DNA of 64,000 nucleotides from Myxococcota bacterium (GTDB taxonomy: Bacteria > Myxococcota_A > SURF-8), in NCBI GenBank assembly GCA_965140415.1, contig OZ223209.1, positions 4,231,928 to 4,295,927 of the forward strand, read 5' to 3'. The notes beneath the pieces are model-generated. The model was given only the letters and a program-made list of their open reading frames with translations, searched no databases and was not told the DNA's origin. A program made the position numbers and the translations under genes. Positions 21,009 through 31,016 of this stretch are shown one piece after another (position 1 is the first letter of the stretch; every line of letters begins with the position of its first letter).

Positions 21009-21857
21009 TTAATTCTTTTCTTTGTTGTCCACAGAAGGATCGTACACATCCGGCGGCAGTTCGCCGGTCAATCGTCCCCTGTCTTTATAGGCAAAGCCCA
21101 AAATGATAAGCCCGAACAGGAAAAACGGAATGCTGAGATACTGACCCATGGTGAGCGGGGAATTGTAGCTGAGTGTCTGGTACTCTTTGAAGAATTCGAC
21201 GAAGAAACGACCGGAGAAGTAAAGCACCAATAGCAAGCCGATCAGCAACCCGCGCGGTCTTCTGTTGCCGAGTTTGTGATCGACGATATACAGCACGCCC
21301 AGGATAATCAATCCCATGGCGGCTTCGTATAGTTGCGACGGATGCCGGGCCAGTCTGCCGCCATCCCAACTGCGCGGAAACACCACCGCCCAGGGCAGAT
21401 CGCTAGGGCGTCCGACGATCTCGGAGTTGAAGAAGTTTCCAATGCGCACGAACGTCGCGGCACACGCAGCAGTATAGGAAGCGCCATCGGCCACGACCAT
21501 CCAGGGAATACGCTTGGCAAAAGCGTAAGCGGTCACACCGAGAATAATACCGATCGTCCCGCCGTGACTGGCCAGTCCGCCCTTCCAGATATACAGAATT
21601 TCCATGGGGTTTGAGAGATAGCGCATGGGTTCGTAAAACAGGCAATGCCCCACGCGCGCACCGATAATCCCGAAAATCGTAAGCCAGTAGAAATATCCGT
21701 AGATTTTCTCTTCCGGATACTGTTTGCGCTGCATGAAATCTTTCCAGAAATGGAAACTGGTCAACAGCACTACGGCAAACAGGATTCCGTAATAACGAAT
21801 CTGTATCGGTCCCCAACGAAAAATAGTTGGATCGATATCCCATACCCAATGATCCAT
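21009..21857 (-). CDS. lgt: Prolipoprotein diacylglyceryl transferase
   Basis: Lgt signature regions are present (WGPIQIRYYGILFAVV..., the GARVGHCLF region, GRFFVEFFKE). Confidence 0.85.
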   Translation of the reverse strand: MDHWVWDIDPTIFRWGPIQIRYYGILFAVVLLTSFHFWKDFMQRKQYPEEKIYGYFYWLTIFGIIGARVGHCLFYEPMRYLSNPMEILYIWKGGLASHGGTIGIILGVTAYAFAKRIPWMVVADGASYTAACAATFVRIGNFFNSEIVGRPSDLPWAVVFPRSWDGGRLARHPSQLYEAAMGLIILGVLYIVDHKLGNRRPRGLLIGLLLVLYFSGRFFVEFFKEYQTLSYNSPLTMGQYLSIPFFLFGLIILGFAYKDRGRLTGELPPDVYDPSVDNKEKN

Positions 21858-21902
21858 GAAATGGCTCTCCTTGCTATCACATTACGACGATGCGGACCGG
21901 CA

Positions 21903-22574
21903 TCAGGCGTCGTCTTCGAAATCGTCGGTCAGGCTCGAAATGTAGCGTTTGACATCTTGCTTGTTTTTTCGCGAATCGTATCGCAGTTCCACACCGAATC
22001 CCGGTGGATCGGCGGTTGCATCCGACCAGATCACGTTTCCTTCCAGCACCATGGGACGAAGGAATTGCGTGTCATTCAGAAAGAAAATCAGCGGCTGCCC
22101 TTCTTCAAGCATGTGCTTGCTGCGAAAATGAACTCCCTTTGTGGACAGGTTGGCCACCGAAGCCTTGACAAGTTCATCTTTATATAAGTATTCGCAACCC
22201 AGCGACACCTTGACCCGGCGCTCTTCGCGATCGTCTCGGACGTGCATCAGACCATCTTGTTTTTCCACAACGAAGCGCAGCAAATCGGTAAGCGTTTTCT
22301 TTGAAGAAGAACGGAACTCGAAGCCGATTCCCGGTGGAAAGCTCGGCTTCATCGGCGGACTTGATTTGCGCCAGACCACGTTGGCATCCAGTTCAAAGGG
22401 CTCAGTATGGCCGACGAAACTAAAACGCACCGTAACCTGATTCTCCAGTTGAACGTTGTTTCCAACGACCCACTGAAAACCGCCGATACCGACATCGGGC
22501 AGATAGTATTTCAGGAAATCCTGTCGATGCAGAAAGCGAATTTTGACCATTCTCTTGTTAAGAACTTTTGGCAT
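21903..22574 (-). CDS. Tandem PilZ-domain protein (c-di-GMP effector-like)
   Basis: The second domain has RxxxR (REERRVK) plus a D/NxSxxG-like motif (ANLSTKGVHF). The first domain is more degenerate. Confidence 0.55.
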   Translation of the reverse strand: MPKVLNKRMVKIRFLHRQDFLKYYLPDVGIGGFQWVVGNNVQLENQVTVRFSFVGHTEPFELDANVVWRKSSPPMKPSFPPGIGFEFRSSSKKTLTDLLRFVVEKQDGLMHVRDDREERRVKVSLGCEYLYKDELVKASVANLSTKGVHFRSKHMLEEGQPLIFFLNDTQFLRPMVLEGNVIWSDATADPPGFGVELRYDSRKNKQDVKRYISSLTDDFEDDA

Positions 22575-22688
22575 GATACTAAACTCTCTCGCTTCAAATA
22601 CAACAGGCTGAAAGTATAGTCCCGATAGTGCTTTTTTTCAACCGTCCTGTTGACCTGTCAACAGATAACACTGAACTCCTAGCTCGAT

Positions 22689-23417
22689 TTATCCTACCTT
22701 CGGCAGCAATCGCATCGAATCGATGACCTCGGGGTCGTCTTCATCGATCACACGAATCGCTTCCATATTGGCTCGTCCCTTCATTTCGCTGAAGATTCCA
22801 CGCTTTTTATGGAATGTCTTCGCGAATTCCATAGCGGCTTCGTTTACCCCCTCAACACCCTCTACGGTTTGGATAATGCCTCCGGCAGCACACAGTTCCG
22901 GACCACCAACGCGCTTCCCGCATAGTGTCATTTCATACAGCTTGGAATAGGGAATGGCGCGCTTGACAATAGCCCACATTCCCGGCATGAACGGAATGCT
23001 GATATCCACTTCCGGGAAACAGAAGAAACCGCGATCCGAACGCATCAGGCGAAAATCGCAGGCACAGGCCATAATCGCACCATCACCAAAGGCATGTCCT
23101 GAGATGGCTGCAATAATCGGAACCGGGAATATCAGCAGGCGCTTGAACAGATCGTCCAGTCGATACAGAAACTGCTTGACTTCACCATGCCTGGAAGAAT
23201 CACCTAAAATCGGAATCATCCACTCCAGATCGATCCCCAAAGACCAGTTCTTTTGATCGCTGGAAGTTAAAACCACCGCTTCAATTTCGGAATCGGCTTC
23301 GATCTCATCAAAAGCCGTCAGTATTTCTTCCAGAAATTCGGGATTATGCCGGTTTTCCGCCTGATCCATCACAAGTCGAGCTACGCTACCTTCTTTTTCC
23401 CAGAACACGATCGCCAT
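22689..23417 (-). CDS. Enoyl-CoA hydratase/isomerase family protein
   Basis: Crotonase-fold spiral motifs are present (AAISGHAFGDGAIMACACDFR). Confidence 0.65.
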   Translation of the reverse strand: MAIVFWEKEGSVARLVMDQAENRHNPEFLEEILTAFDEIEADSEIEAVVLTSSDQKNWSLGIDLEWMIPILGDSSRHGEVKQFLYRLDDLFKRLLIFPVPIIAAISGHAFGDGAIMACACDFRLMRSDRGFFCFPEVDISIPFMPGMWAIVKRAIPYSKLYEMTLCGKRVGGPELCAAGGIIQTVEGVEGVNEAAMEFAKTFHKKRGIFSEMKGRANMEAIRVIDEDDPEVIDSMRLLPKVG

Positions 23418-23712
23418 GTATCTTTCCTCCTACTAAAATCACGCAGAAATCTTCCGCGAATTCACACATAAAATCTTTGGCAGCATACCCAAGCAAACAC
23501 GATCTGTCCATTACATATATGTAAATAAACGCAGAGTAGACAACTGGATTCCGAATCCCGTGATTTTCCCGTTGGAGCCGAGTTCCCGTCCTGCTCCTTG
23601 TGTTTGTCTTGTGCAATCACGCTAACCGACTATTCGCTCTTGACGCCCACTCGCGCACATGTCAGGATACAAGTCACACAATTAACTAACCGCAACGAAG
23701 ACGGACAAAGAA

Positions 23713-24993
23713 ATGCGAGTTAAATACGATATCCTTTTGATTTTCCTGCTTTTATTGCTCCCTATGACCGCCTTTGCGCAAACGGAGCAACCTGCACGGC
23801 AAAGCACCTCTGCCCTGCATGTACCGGACAACGACGTCTACCTGATTACACCGGAATTGTTCTCGATTCTCAGCCGGTATCGTGCGGGAGAAGCCTTCGA
23901 ACCGCTGGGTGAAATCGAACAGGCGTTAAACAAGCGCGCCTATCTGCCGTCCCTGCATTTCTGGGCGGGCATGCGCGCCTTGGCGCTGGCATCGGCTCAC
24001 CGGGATACGGACGCCTATGACGAAGCGGTGCAGCAGCACTTCAATCAATGTATCGAACGGGCCGAACGAGCGGCCACGATCGATAAATTCCACGTCGCCG
24101 GTTTGTTTTACGAGGGACTGTGTCACGCCAGTCTGGGCATGTACCAGGCCATGAGAGACAATGTCATCCAGGCAGGATTGAGCGGGCGGACGGCGATAAA
24201 GCGCTTTTTCGAGGTTCTGGAGTTGCGACCCGACCTGCATGGTGCGCTGTTGATGATCGGTGCTTATAACTACTACACAGCAAATCTGGGAACGCTGGGG
24301 CGGATCCTGTTAGGCATTCTCGGCTTGCCCAAAGGCGATCGTGAAACCGGCCTGAAGCAGATGAGACAGGCGGCACAGACCGGCAGTCCAGTGGATGTAC
24401 TGGGCAAAATGATGTTGGCCTCCGCGCTGGTTCACCGAGAAAAGAAGCCGGAAGAAGGCTTGGCGTTGATGCAGGAAGTCGTGCAATTGATACCCAACAG
24501 TGTGGAAGCCTACATGCAACTGGCCGATCTCGCGCTGATGTCGGGTCGCCTGGAAATGGCCGATCAAGCGATACAGCAGGCAAGAGAACATCAACCGCCC
24601 AAAGAAGTCCGAAATTCCCTGGCGGATTTCAGACAGCAGGACCATCGTCTGGCGTTAACGGAAGCCATGATCGGCATTCTGGTTCAGCATAACCCGGATG
24701 GACTGCACACCCTGAACCGATATCGAACCGAATTGCCCAAGGGTGCGCCTCCGTTTTTGAAATTGTTTTCTGCGGTTCGCCTTGGGCACATATACAAGCT
24801 GGCAGATGAGATGACCACCGCCAATCGCCTGTATCGCTGGGCATATGACGAAGATGGGCCGAATTCGATTCGTGACCAGGCGCAACGTTACCTGGATGGC
24901 GAGGAAGATATTCGCAAACGAATTCAACTGGATGAAGAAACCAGGGACTCCCTGAAGCAGTGGCTGATCACGCAGCCTTCACCGTTTGAATGA
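23713..24993 (+). CDS. Secreted helical-repeat (TPR-like) protein, function unknown
   Basis: Signal peptide (LLIFLLLLLPMTAFAQ). The rest is predicted alpha-helical repeat-like. Confidence 0.5.
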   Translation: MRVKYDILLIFLLLLLPMTAFAQTEQPARQSTSALHVPDNDVYLITPELFSILSRYRAGEAFEPLGEIEQALNKRAYLPSLHFWAGMRALALASAHRDTDAYDEAVQQHFNQCIERAERAATIDKFHVAGLFYEGLCHASLGMYQAMRDNVIQAGLSGRTAIKRFFEVLELRPDLHGALLMIGAYNYYTANLGTLGRILLGILGLPKGDRETGLKQMRQAAQTGSPVDVLGKMMLASALVHREKKPEEGLALMQEVVQLIPNSVEAYMQLADLALMSGRLEMADQAIQQAREHQPPKEVRNSLADFRQQDHRLALTEAMIGILVQHNPDGLHTLNRYRTELPKGAPPFLKLFSAVRLGHIYKLADEMTTANRLYRWAYDEDGPNSIRDQAQRYLDGEEDIRKRIQLDEETRDSLKQWLITQPSPFE

Positions 24994-25025
24994 GCGTCCC
25001 GAAGATTAGGTATCGAAGCCGGGAC

Positions 25026-26798
25026 TCAGTCGGAAAAATACGCGATCTGTGCGCGTTCGTAAAAGGCCGACCAACTGCAATACATGAACGGAATAATGAA
25101 CAATATCGCAAGGATACCGGAAACACCCATCCAAATCGGCGCTGCCACCGGAACCCCGGCATGACTTTGCAATAACCAGCCAATCAACACTGCGCCGCCA
25201 CCAAGCAATCCCAGTACAATCGAGCTTACGATTCCCAGCAAAATGTAGAAAATTACAAAAGAGAATTTTCGTCCCTGCATGATTCGCCAGCTTACCAGCA
25301 AGGCGGAAATGCCGGAATAGCTGGTATCCATTGCAACGAGAATGGCCTGTGAAAAACCGGTGAAAATCACGATCTGAGTCAAACTGAATACACCGAAAAC
25401 CAAGACATGATAGATCAGGTTGAAATGCTCCGCATATGCCTTGGCAACTCCGCTTTTCATCAAGAATACAACAACCTTGTTTTCCTGTAATAACGGCAGG
25501 TAAACCAGAATCGCCGCTGACAGTGCAAATACAATCCCCATCACCAGTATAGTCACGGTAATTGAAACCACACGCGGGAATGCGTTAAACAGATCGCTGA
25601 TGCGCACCTTGTGCGAGCGCAACGCATGTAGCGTAGCGGAAAAGAAACCGGCTACAAGCAGAGTTTGAATCCATAAAACCAATAGCGTAATCCCCCCGGA
25701 GACCAGCAGTTCTTTCGGCCAGCTTCTGGGATCGACCGACATCGAGGGTGGAACCGAATTCGAAATCGAAGTCGGCTTCACGAAAGCCGCCAAAGCAGCC
25801 AAAAGCCCGGTAAATAAGGCCAACATCAAAATCGTCGTCAATGTCAGCTTGGACCAGTTCGAGCGCAGGCTTTTCCATCCAAGGCGAAGGGCCCCCAGCG
25901 CCTGTCCGCCTTTCATCAAGTCCTCGACATACGCAGCATGCGCAACACGAGTATCCGGCACATTACGATTAAGAAACAAACCGGGCGCGGCCTGCTCGGA
26001 ATCTTCGGATAATTCAACCCGTCGGGCGGTTTCCAATTCCAGCGAAGGCAAGTTGGAGTCCGCAGGCGAGCTTCCCGCCGGATACGCATAGGCTACGGCA
26101 GCAGGCGGAGCCGTCTCACTTGATTCTTCTTCTTGCTGCGGCGTTTGCATCTCCGTAGAAGGGGAAAGCTCCAAAGGAGGCAGTTCGCCCGGATCACTCA
26201 ACTGCACCGCTTCGTTCGGCTCGTTCGGCTCGTTCGGTTCAACTAGTTCGACTGGTTCGACCGCTTCGCCCTGCCCTTCCAGTTCATCAGGCTTAGCCTG
26301 TTCCGGTTCTGTATTCCGGTCTAAATCCACAACCTCTTCAAAGCTCGGAACCAGTTGGGGCTGCTTGTCGGAAGTTTCAACAGGCAGTCTTTCTTCCGGC
26401 TGCAATAGACCTTCCCAGGCCGTGTTTTTCGCCAGAGGAAGCAGGCGTTTTTTTATGGCATCGGAAATAGAAACGTGGCCGTCCGTTTCGACGGCAATGG
26501 AGCGGCTGAATCGATCTTCTGAAGAATATTCTTCCTTGCGGACAAAGCGTTTTTCCACACTGGCCAGCAGCGGGTCAGTTGAAGCTTTGATCGTTCGATA
26601 GGCATTTTGCAGTGCGGCTTGCGTTTCGGTTTGTACGAGCAGACAGAGCGAACCGTCTTGCAGTTTGCCGTGCTGTAAGCGGAAAACTCCCAGATCATCC
26701 GGCGCGAAACTTCGGAAAACCAAGCTGTAAATGGCTTGGCCGGCGGATTTGGGTTTTATCGCTGCACTATCAAAACGAATCCCCAGGCGATAGGGCAT
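25026..26798 (-). CDS. Hypothetical membrane protein with an N-terminal soluble domain, acidic/Pro-rich linker and a C-terminal polytopic domain
   Basis: Long ORF with a C-terminal hydrophobic TM cluster. No recognised catalytic motif. Confidence 0.5.
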   Translation of the reverse strand: MPYRLGIRFDSAAIKPKSAGQAIYSLVFRSFAPDDLGVFRLQHGKLQDGSLCLLVQTETQAALQNAYRTIKASTDPLLASVEKRFVRKEEYSSEDRFSRSIAVETDGHVSISDAIKKRLLPLAKNTAWEGLLQPEERLPVETSDKQPQLVPSFEEVVDLDRNTEPEQAKPDELEGQGEAVEPVELVEPNEPNEPNEAVQLSDPGELPPLELSPSTEMQTPQQEEESSETAPPAAVAYAYPAGSSPADSNLPSLELETARRVELSEDSEQAAPGLFLNRNVPDTRVAHAAYVEDLMKGGQALGALRLGWKSLRSNWSKLTLTTILMLALFTGLLAALAAFVKPTSISNSVPPSMSVDPRSWPKELLVSGGITLLVLWIQTLLVAGFFSATLHALRSHKVRISDLFNAFPRVVSITVTILVMGIVFALSAAILVYLPLLQENKVVVFLMKSGVAKAYAEHFNLIYHVLVFGVFSLTQIVIFTGFSQAILVAMDTSYSGISALLVSWRIMQGRKFSFVIFYILLGIVSSIVLGLLGGGAVLIGWLLQSHAGVPVAAPIWMGVSGILAILFIIPFMYCSWSAFYERAQIAYFSD

Positions 26799-26908
26799 CT
26801 GTCGCTCCTTAACCAGATCTGTAGAAGTTTCTTCGAATCCGGATGATCGTCAATCACACTGTAGCAAATGCAACGGTAAAACGGAACAGAAAGAAACAAT
26901 CGCATAAC

Positions 26909-26940
26909 TAAAACGCCCCCGACCAATCAGGCCGGGGGCG
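26909..26940 (-). terminator. Rho-independent terminator downstream of the thiolase/FadB operon
   Basis: On the minus strand a cgcccccggcc...ggtcgggggcg hairpin is followed by TTTT. Confidence 0.55.
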
Positions 26941-26973
26941 AATGTCATTCATGTGAATGAACGAACTTAGGCA

Positions 26974-28155
<1,182 letters not shown>

Positions 28156-28210
28156 AATATTCACTCCTTTAATAAAGGTTTGTTATTTGGTTGCTATTCG
28201 TAACGCCGTC

Positions 28211-30598
28211 TTAGTTACGCAGCGGACGTCCGGTGGTCAGCAGCGACTGCATACGCTCGATGGCTTTCTGCTCGCCAACCAGACTCATGAACGCTTCGCG
28301 TTCCAGATCCAACAGATGCTGCTCGGTTACCGCCGTGTTGGGTTCGATGTCGCCACCGCACAGCACGTTGGCCAGCTTCGTCGCGATCTTGACTTCGAAT
28401 TCGGTCACGTAGCCGCCCTGTACCATGTTGTACAGACCCGTCTGGAAAGTAGCCTTACCCGGCTTGCCCGGCAGGATCAGGTAATCCGGCATTTCGGGAG
28501 CGCGGTAGCCGCCCAGGTACATGCCCTTGGCCAAGCGCTTGGCTTCCCAGATCTGCTCGTCGCGGTTCATGACGATACGGTCACTGGCGCGCAGCACCTT
28601 GGTGTCCTTAGCCATTGCAGCCGATAAGCTGACGTTCGCCATGGCGATCTGCTCGAAGACACGCTGCACGATCGGGAAACGATCGATCTTCATGTCCGCC
28701 GGGATGTTTTCCAGGTAGTGGATCAACAGGTTCTTGTTACCCGCGCCGCCAGGAATCAGGCCCGCGCCCAATTCGACCAGACCGGCGTACAGTTCGCAGT
28801 GCGAAACAACCGCGTCACCGGAGAGGATGACTTCGCAGCCACCGCCCAGCGCCATGCCGTGAGGAGCAATGACGACCGGCTTCGGACAATAACGCATACG
28901 CATCGAACCCTGCTGCAAACCGGTGACCGCTTCTTCGATCATGTCGAACTGGCCGCCCATGGCGCCCATCATGATCATGGCCAGGTTCGCGCCGACGGAG
29001 AAGTTCTCGCCTTCGTTGGCGATTACCAGACCGGCCCAATCGTCCGAGGATTCCACCAGGTCGCAACCTTCGTGGATCATCTGAATGATTTCGCCGTCGA
29101 TGGCGTTCATTTTGCAATGGAATTCGACCAGCGCCACGCCGTCGCCGATATCATGCAACGAAGCGGAAGAGTTGGTCTTCAAAGCCTGTTTGTGGGTTTT
29201 GTGCAGCGTCAGGCTGAAGTTTTCGGGTTTGGTCGGAACCGGCTGATAGGCTTCGGTCTTCACATCCCAGAAATATTTCTTGCCTTCACGCACCACATAC
29301 CAGCTACCTTCGGATTTGGCAACCATGGTGTCCACGGTAGCCGGAACGGCCAGACCGTCGGCTTTCATGCGTTCCACGGATTCTTTCACGCCGATGGCAT
29401 CCCATACTTCGAAGGGACCCATTTCCCAGGCATAGCCCCACTTCATACCGTTGTCGATGTTGACGACGTCTTCGCAGATTTCACCGATCCGGTTCACGGC
29501 GTAGATGGCGCCGCGAGAGAGCAGCTTCCATGCGAATTTACCGAATTTGTCATCGGTGTTGACCAGCTGCTTGATGCGCAGGCCGGGATCGTCGGTGTTT
29601 TTGGCGATCTTCAGGCAATCGGCCTTGACCTTCTCCAAGGGTTTGTATTCCTTGGTTTTCCAGTCCATGACCATCTTCTGCTTGCCTTCTCTTTTGTAGA
29701 AGCCGGCTTTGGTCTTGTTGCCCAGCAGGTTGTTGTCGAGCATTTTCTGCAAATAATCGGGGATCACCAGCTGATCGCGCGCTTCGTCGTTGGGCAGCGC
29801 TTCGTAGCTGTTGGTGATGATGTGGCCGATGGTGTCCAGACCAACCAAATCAGCGGTCTTGAAGGTCGGCATTTTGTGAGCCATCGCGGAACCGGTGACG
29901 GCATCGACTTCTTCGATCGTCAGATCGTCTTCGACCATGGCGGACAGAACGCCCATCATCGAACCCACACCGATGCGGTTACCGACGAAGTTCGGGGTGT
30001 CCAGACCGTACACGATGCCCTTGCCCAGTTTGCTTTCACCGAAATCGGCCATCAGTTTGATGACTGCGGGATCGGTCTTTTCGCCCGGAACCAGTTCCAA
30101 CAGGCGCATGTAACGAACCGGGTTGAAGAAGTGAGTGACCAGGAAGTTCTTCTGGAAGTCTTCCGGGTAGCCTTCGACCATCGTGTTGATGGCGATACCC
30201 GAGGTGTTACTGGAAACGATGGTTCCCGGCTTGACCACTTTGACCAGTTTGTCGAACAGGCTGCGCTTGATGTCCAGCTGTTCCAACACGACTTCGACGA
30301 CCCAATCGCACTCGGCGACTTTGTCCAGGTCATCCTCGATGTTTCCGACTTCGATCAAGCTCGCACGTCGCTTGTTCATCAAGGGCTGAATCTGGCCCTT
30401 CTGCTTGATCATCTTGGTGACCGCGCCAGCAGCGAAAGAATTTCGCTTGGCTTTGTTTTTTTTCTCCTCATCGGAGAGGTTGGGTGGAACGATGTCCAGC
30501 AGGATGCTGGGAATGCCCGCGTTCGCGAGCTGAGCCGCAATCCCGCTGCCCATTATTCCGGCTCCCACAACTGCCACTTTCTTGATTTCTCTCGCCAT
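28211..30598 (-). CDS. Bifunctional 3-hydroxyacyl-CoA dehydrogenase / enoyl-CoA hydratase (FadB/FadN-like beta-oxidation multifunctional enzyme)
   Basis: The N-terminal domain carries the Rossmann motif VAVVGAGIMGSGIA (3-hydroxyacyl-CoA dehydrogenase). The C-terminal half is crotonase-like (GMALGGGCEV). Confidence 0.8.
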   Translation of the reverse strand: MAREIKKVAVVGAGIMGSGIAAQLANAGIPSILLDIVPPNLSDEEKKNKAKRNSFAAGAVTKMIKQKGQIQPLMNKRRASLIEVGNIEDDLDKVAECDWVVEVVLEQLDIKRSLFDKLVKVVKPGTIVSSNTSGIAINTMVEGYPEDFQKNFLVTHFFNPVRYMRLLELVPGEKTDPAVIKLMADFGESKLGKGIVYGLDTPNFVGNRIGVGSMMGVLSAMVEDDLTIEEVDAVTGSAMAHKMPTFKTADLVGLDTIGHIITNSYEALPNDEARDQLVIPDYLQKMLDNNLLGNKTKAGFYKREGKQKMVMDWKTKEYKPLEKVKADCLKIAKNTDDPGLRIKQLVNTDDKFGKFAWKLLSRGAIYAVNRIGEICEDVVNIDNGMKWGYAWEMGPFEVWDAIGVKESVERMKADGLAVPATVDTMVAKSEGSWYVVREGKKYFWDVKTEAYQPVPTKPENFSLTLHKTHKQALKTNSSASLHDIGDGVALVEFHCKMNAIDGEIIQMIHEGCDLVESSDDWAGLVIANEGENFSVGANLAMIMMGAMGGQFDMIEEAVTGLQQGSMRMRYCPKPVVIAPHGMALGGGCEVILSGDAVVSHCELYAGLVELGAGLIPGGAGNKNLLIHYLENIPADMKIDRFPIVQRVFEQIAMANVSLSAAMAKDTKVLRASDRIVMNRDEQIWEAKRLAKGMYLGGYRAPEMPDYLILPGKPGKATFQTGLYNMVQGGYVTEFEVKIATKLANVLCGGDIEPNTAVTEQHLLDLEREAFMSLVGEQKAIERMQSLLTTGRPLRN

Positions 30599-31016
30599 TA
30601 ATTCCTCCGTCTTAGTTAAGCCTCAAAAAATTTCCGACTTTGCTTGAAACAAAATGGAACCGGAGTCAAAAAAAGAAGAACTTCACCTGTTGGCTTGATG
30701 AAGTTCGTCAACTCTCGCCAGCTAATGAATGACGGTTCATTCACGATAAAAGAAATCATACCCCATCCATACGCCCTGTCAAGGCAAAAAATAATAAGGA
30801 ATTGCCACTTCCTACCATATGTTGGGGTCTCTGCTCTAAATAGCGCCTATCAATCTTGCCTAGATATGCCATAACCGATTGTTTTCTTTACAATATAAGC
30901 TGAATGAGCTATCTCTGGGAAAGGTATCGATCCTCTTAACGCGCTGCGAAATTGTCAGGATCATTGACCCGATCTCGGCTTGCTGATAGCGTTATCATAT
31001 AAGGATGTGACCTGAA

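Noticed and set aside
30644-30874. 76-aa ORF in the AT-rich leader upstream of the tandem rSAM gene, as a candidate precursor peptide
   Set aside because: No ribosome-binding site, atypical composition, and no Cys/Gly-rich core or leader-like features. Kept only as something to re-examine if rSAM homologues show a conserved upstream peptide.
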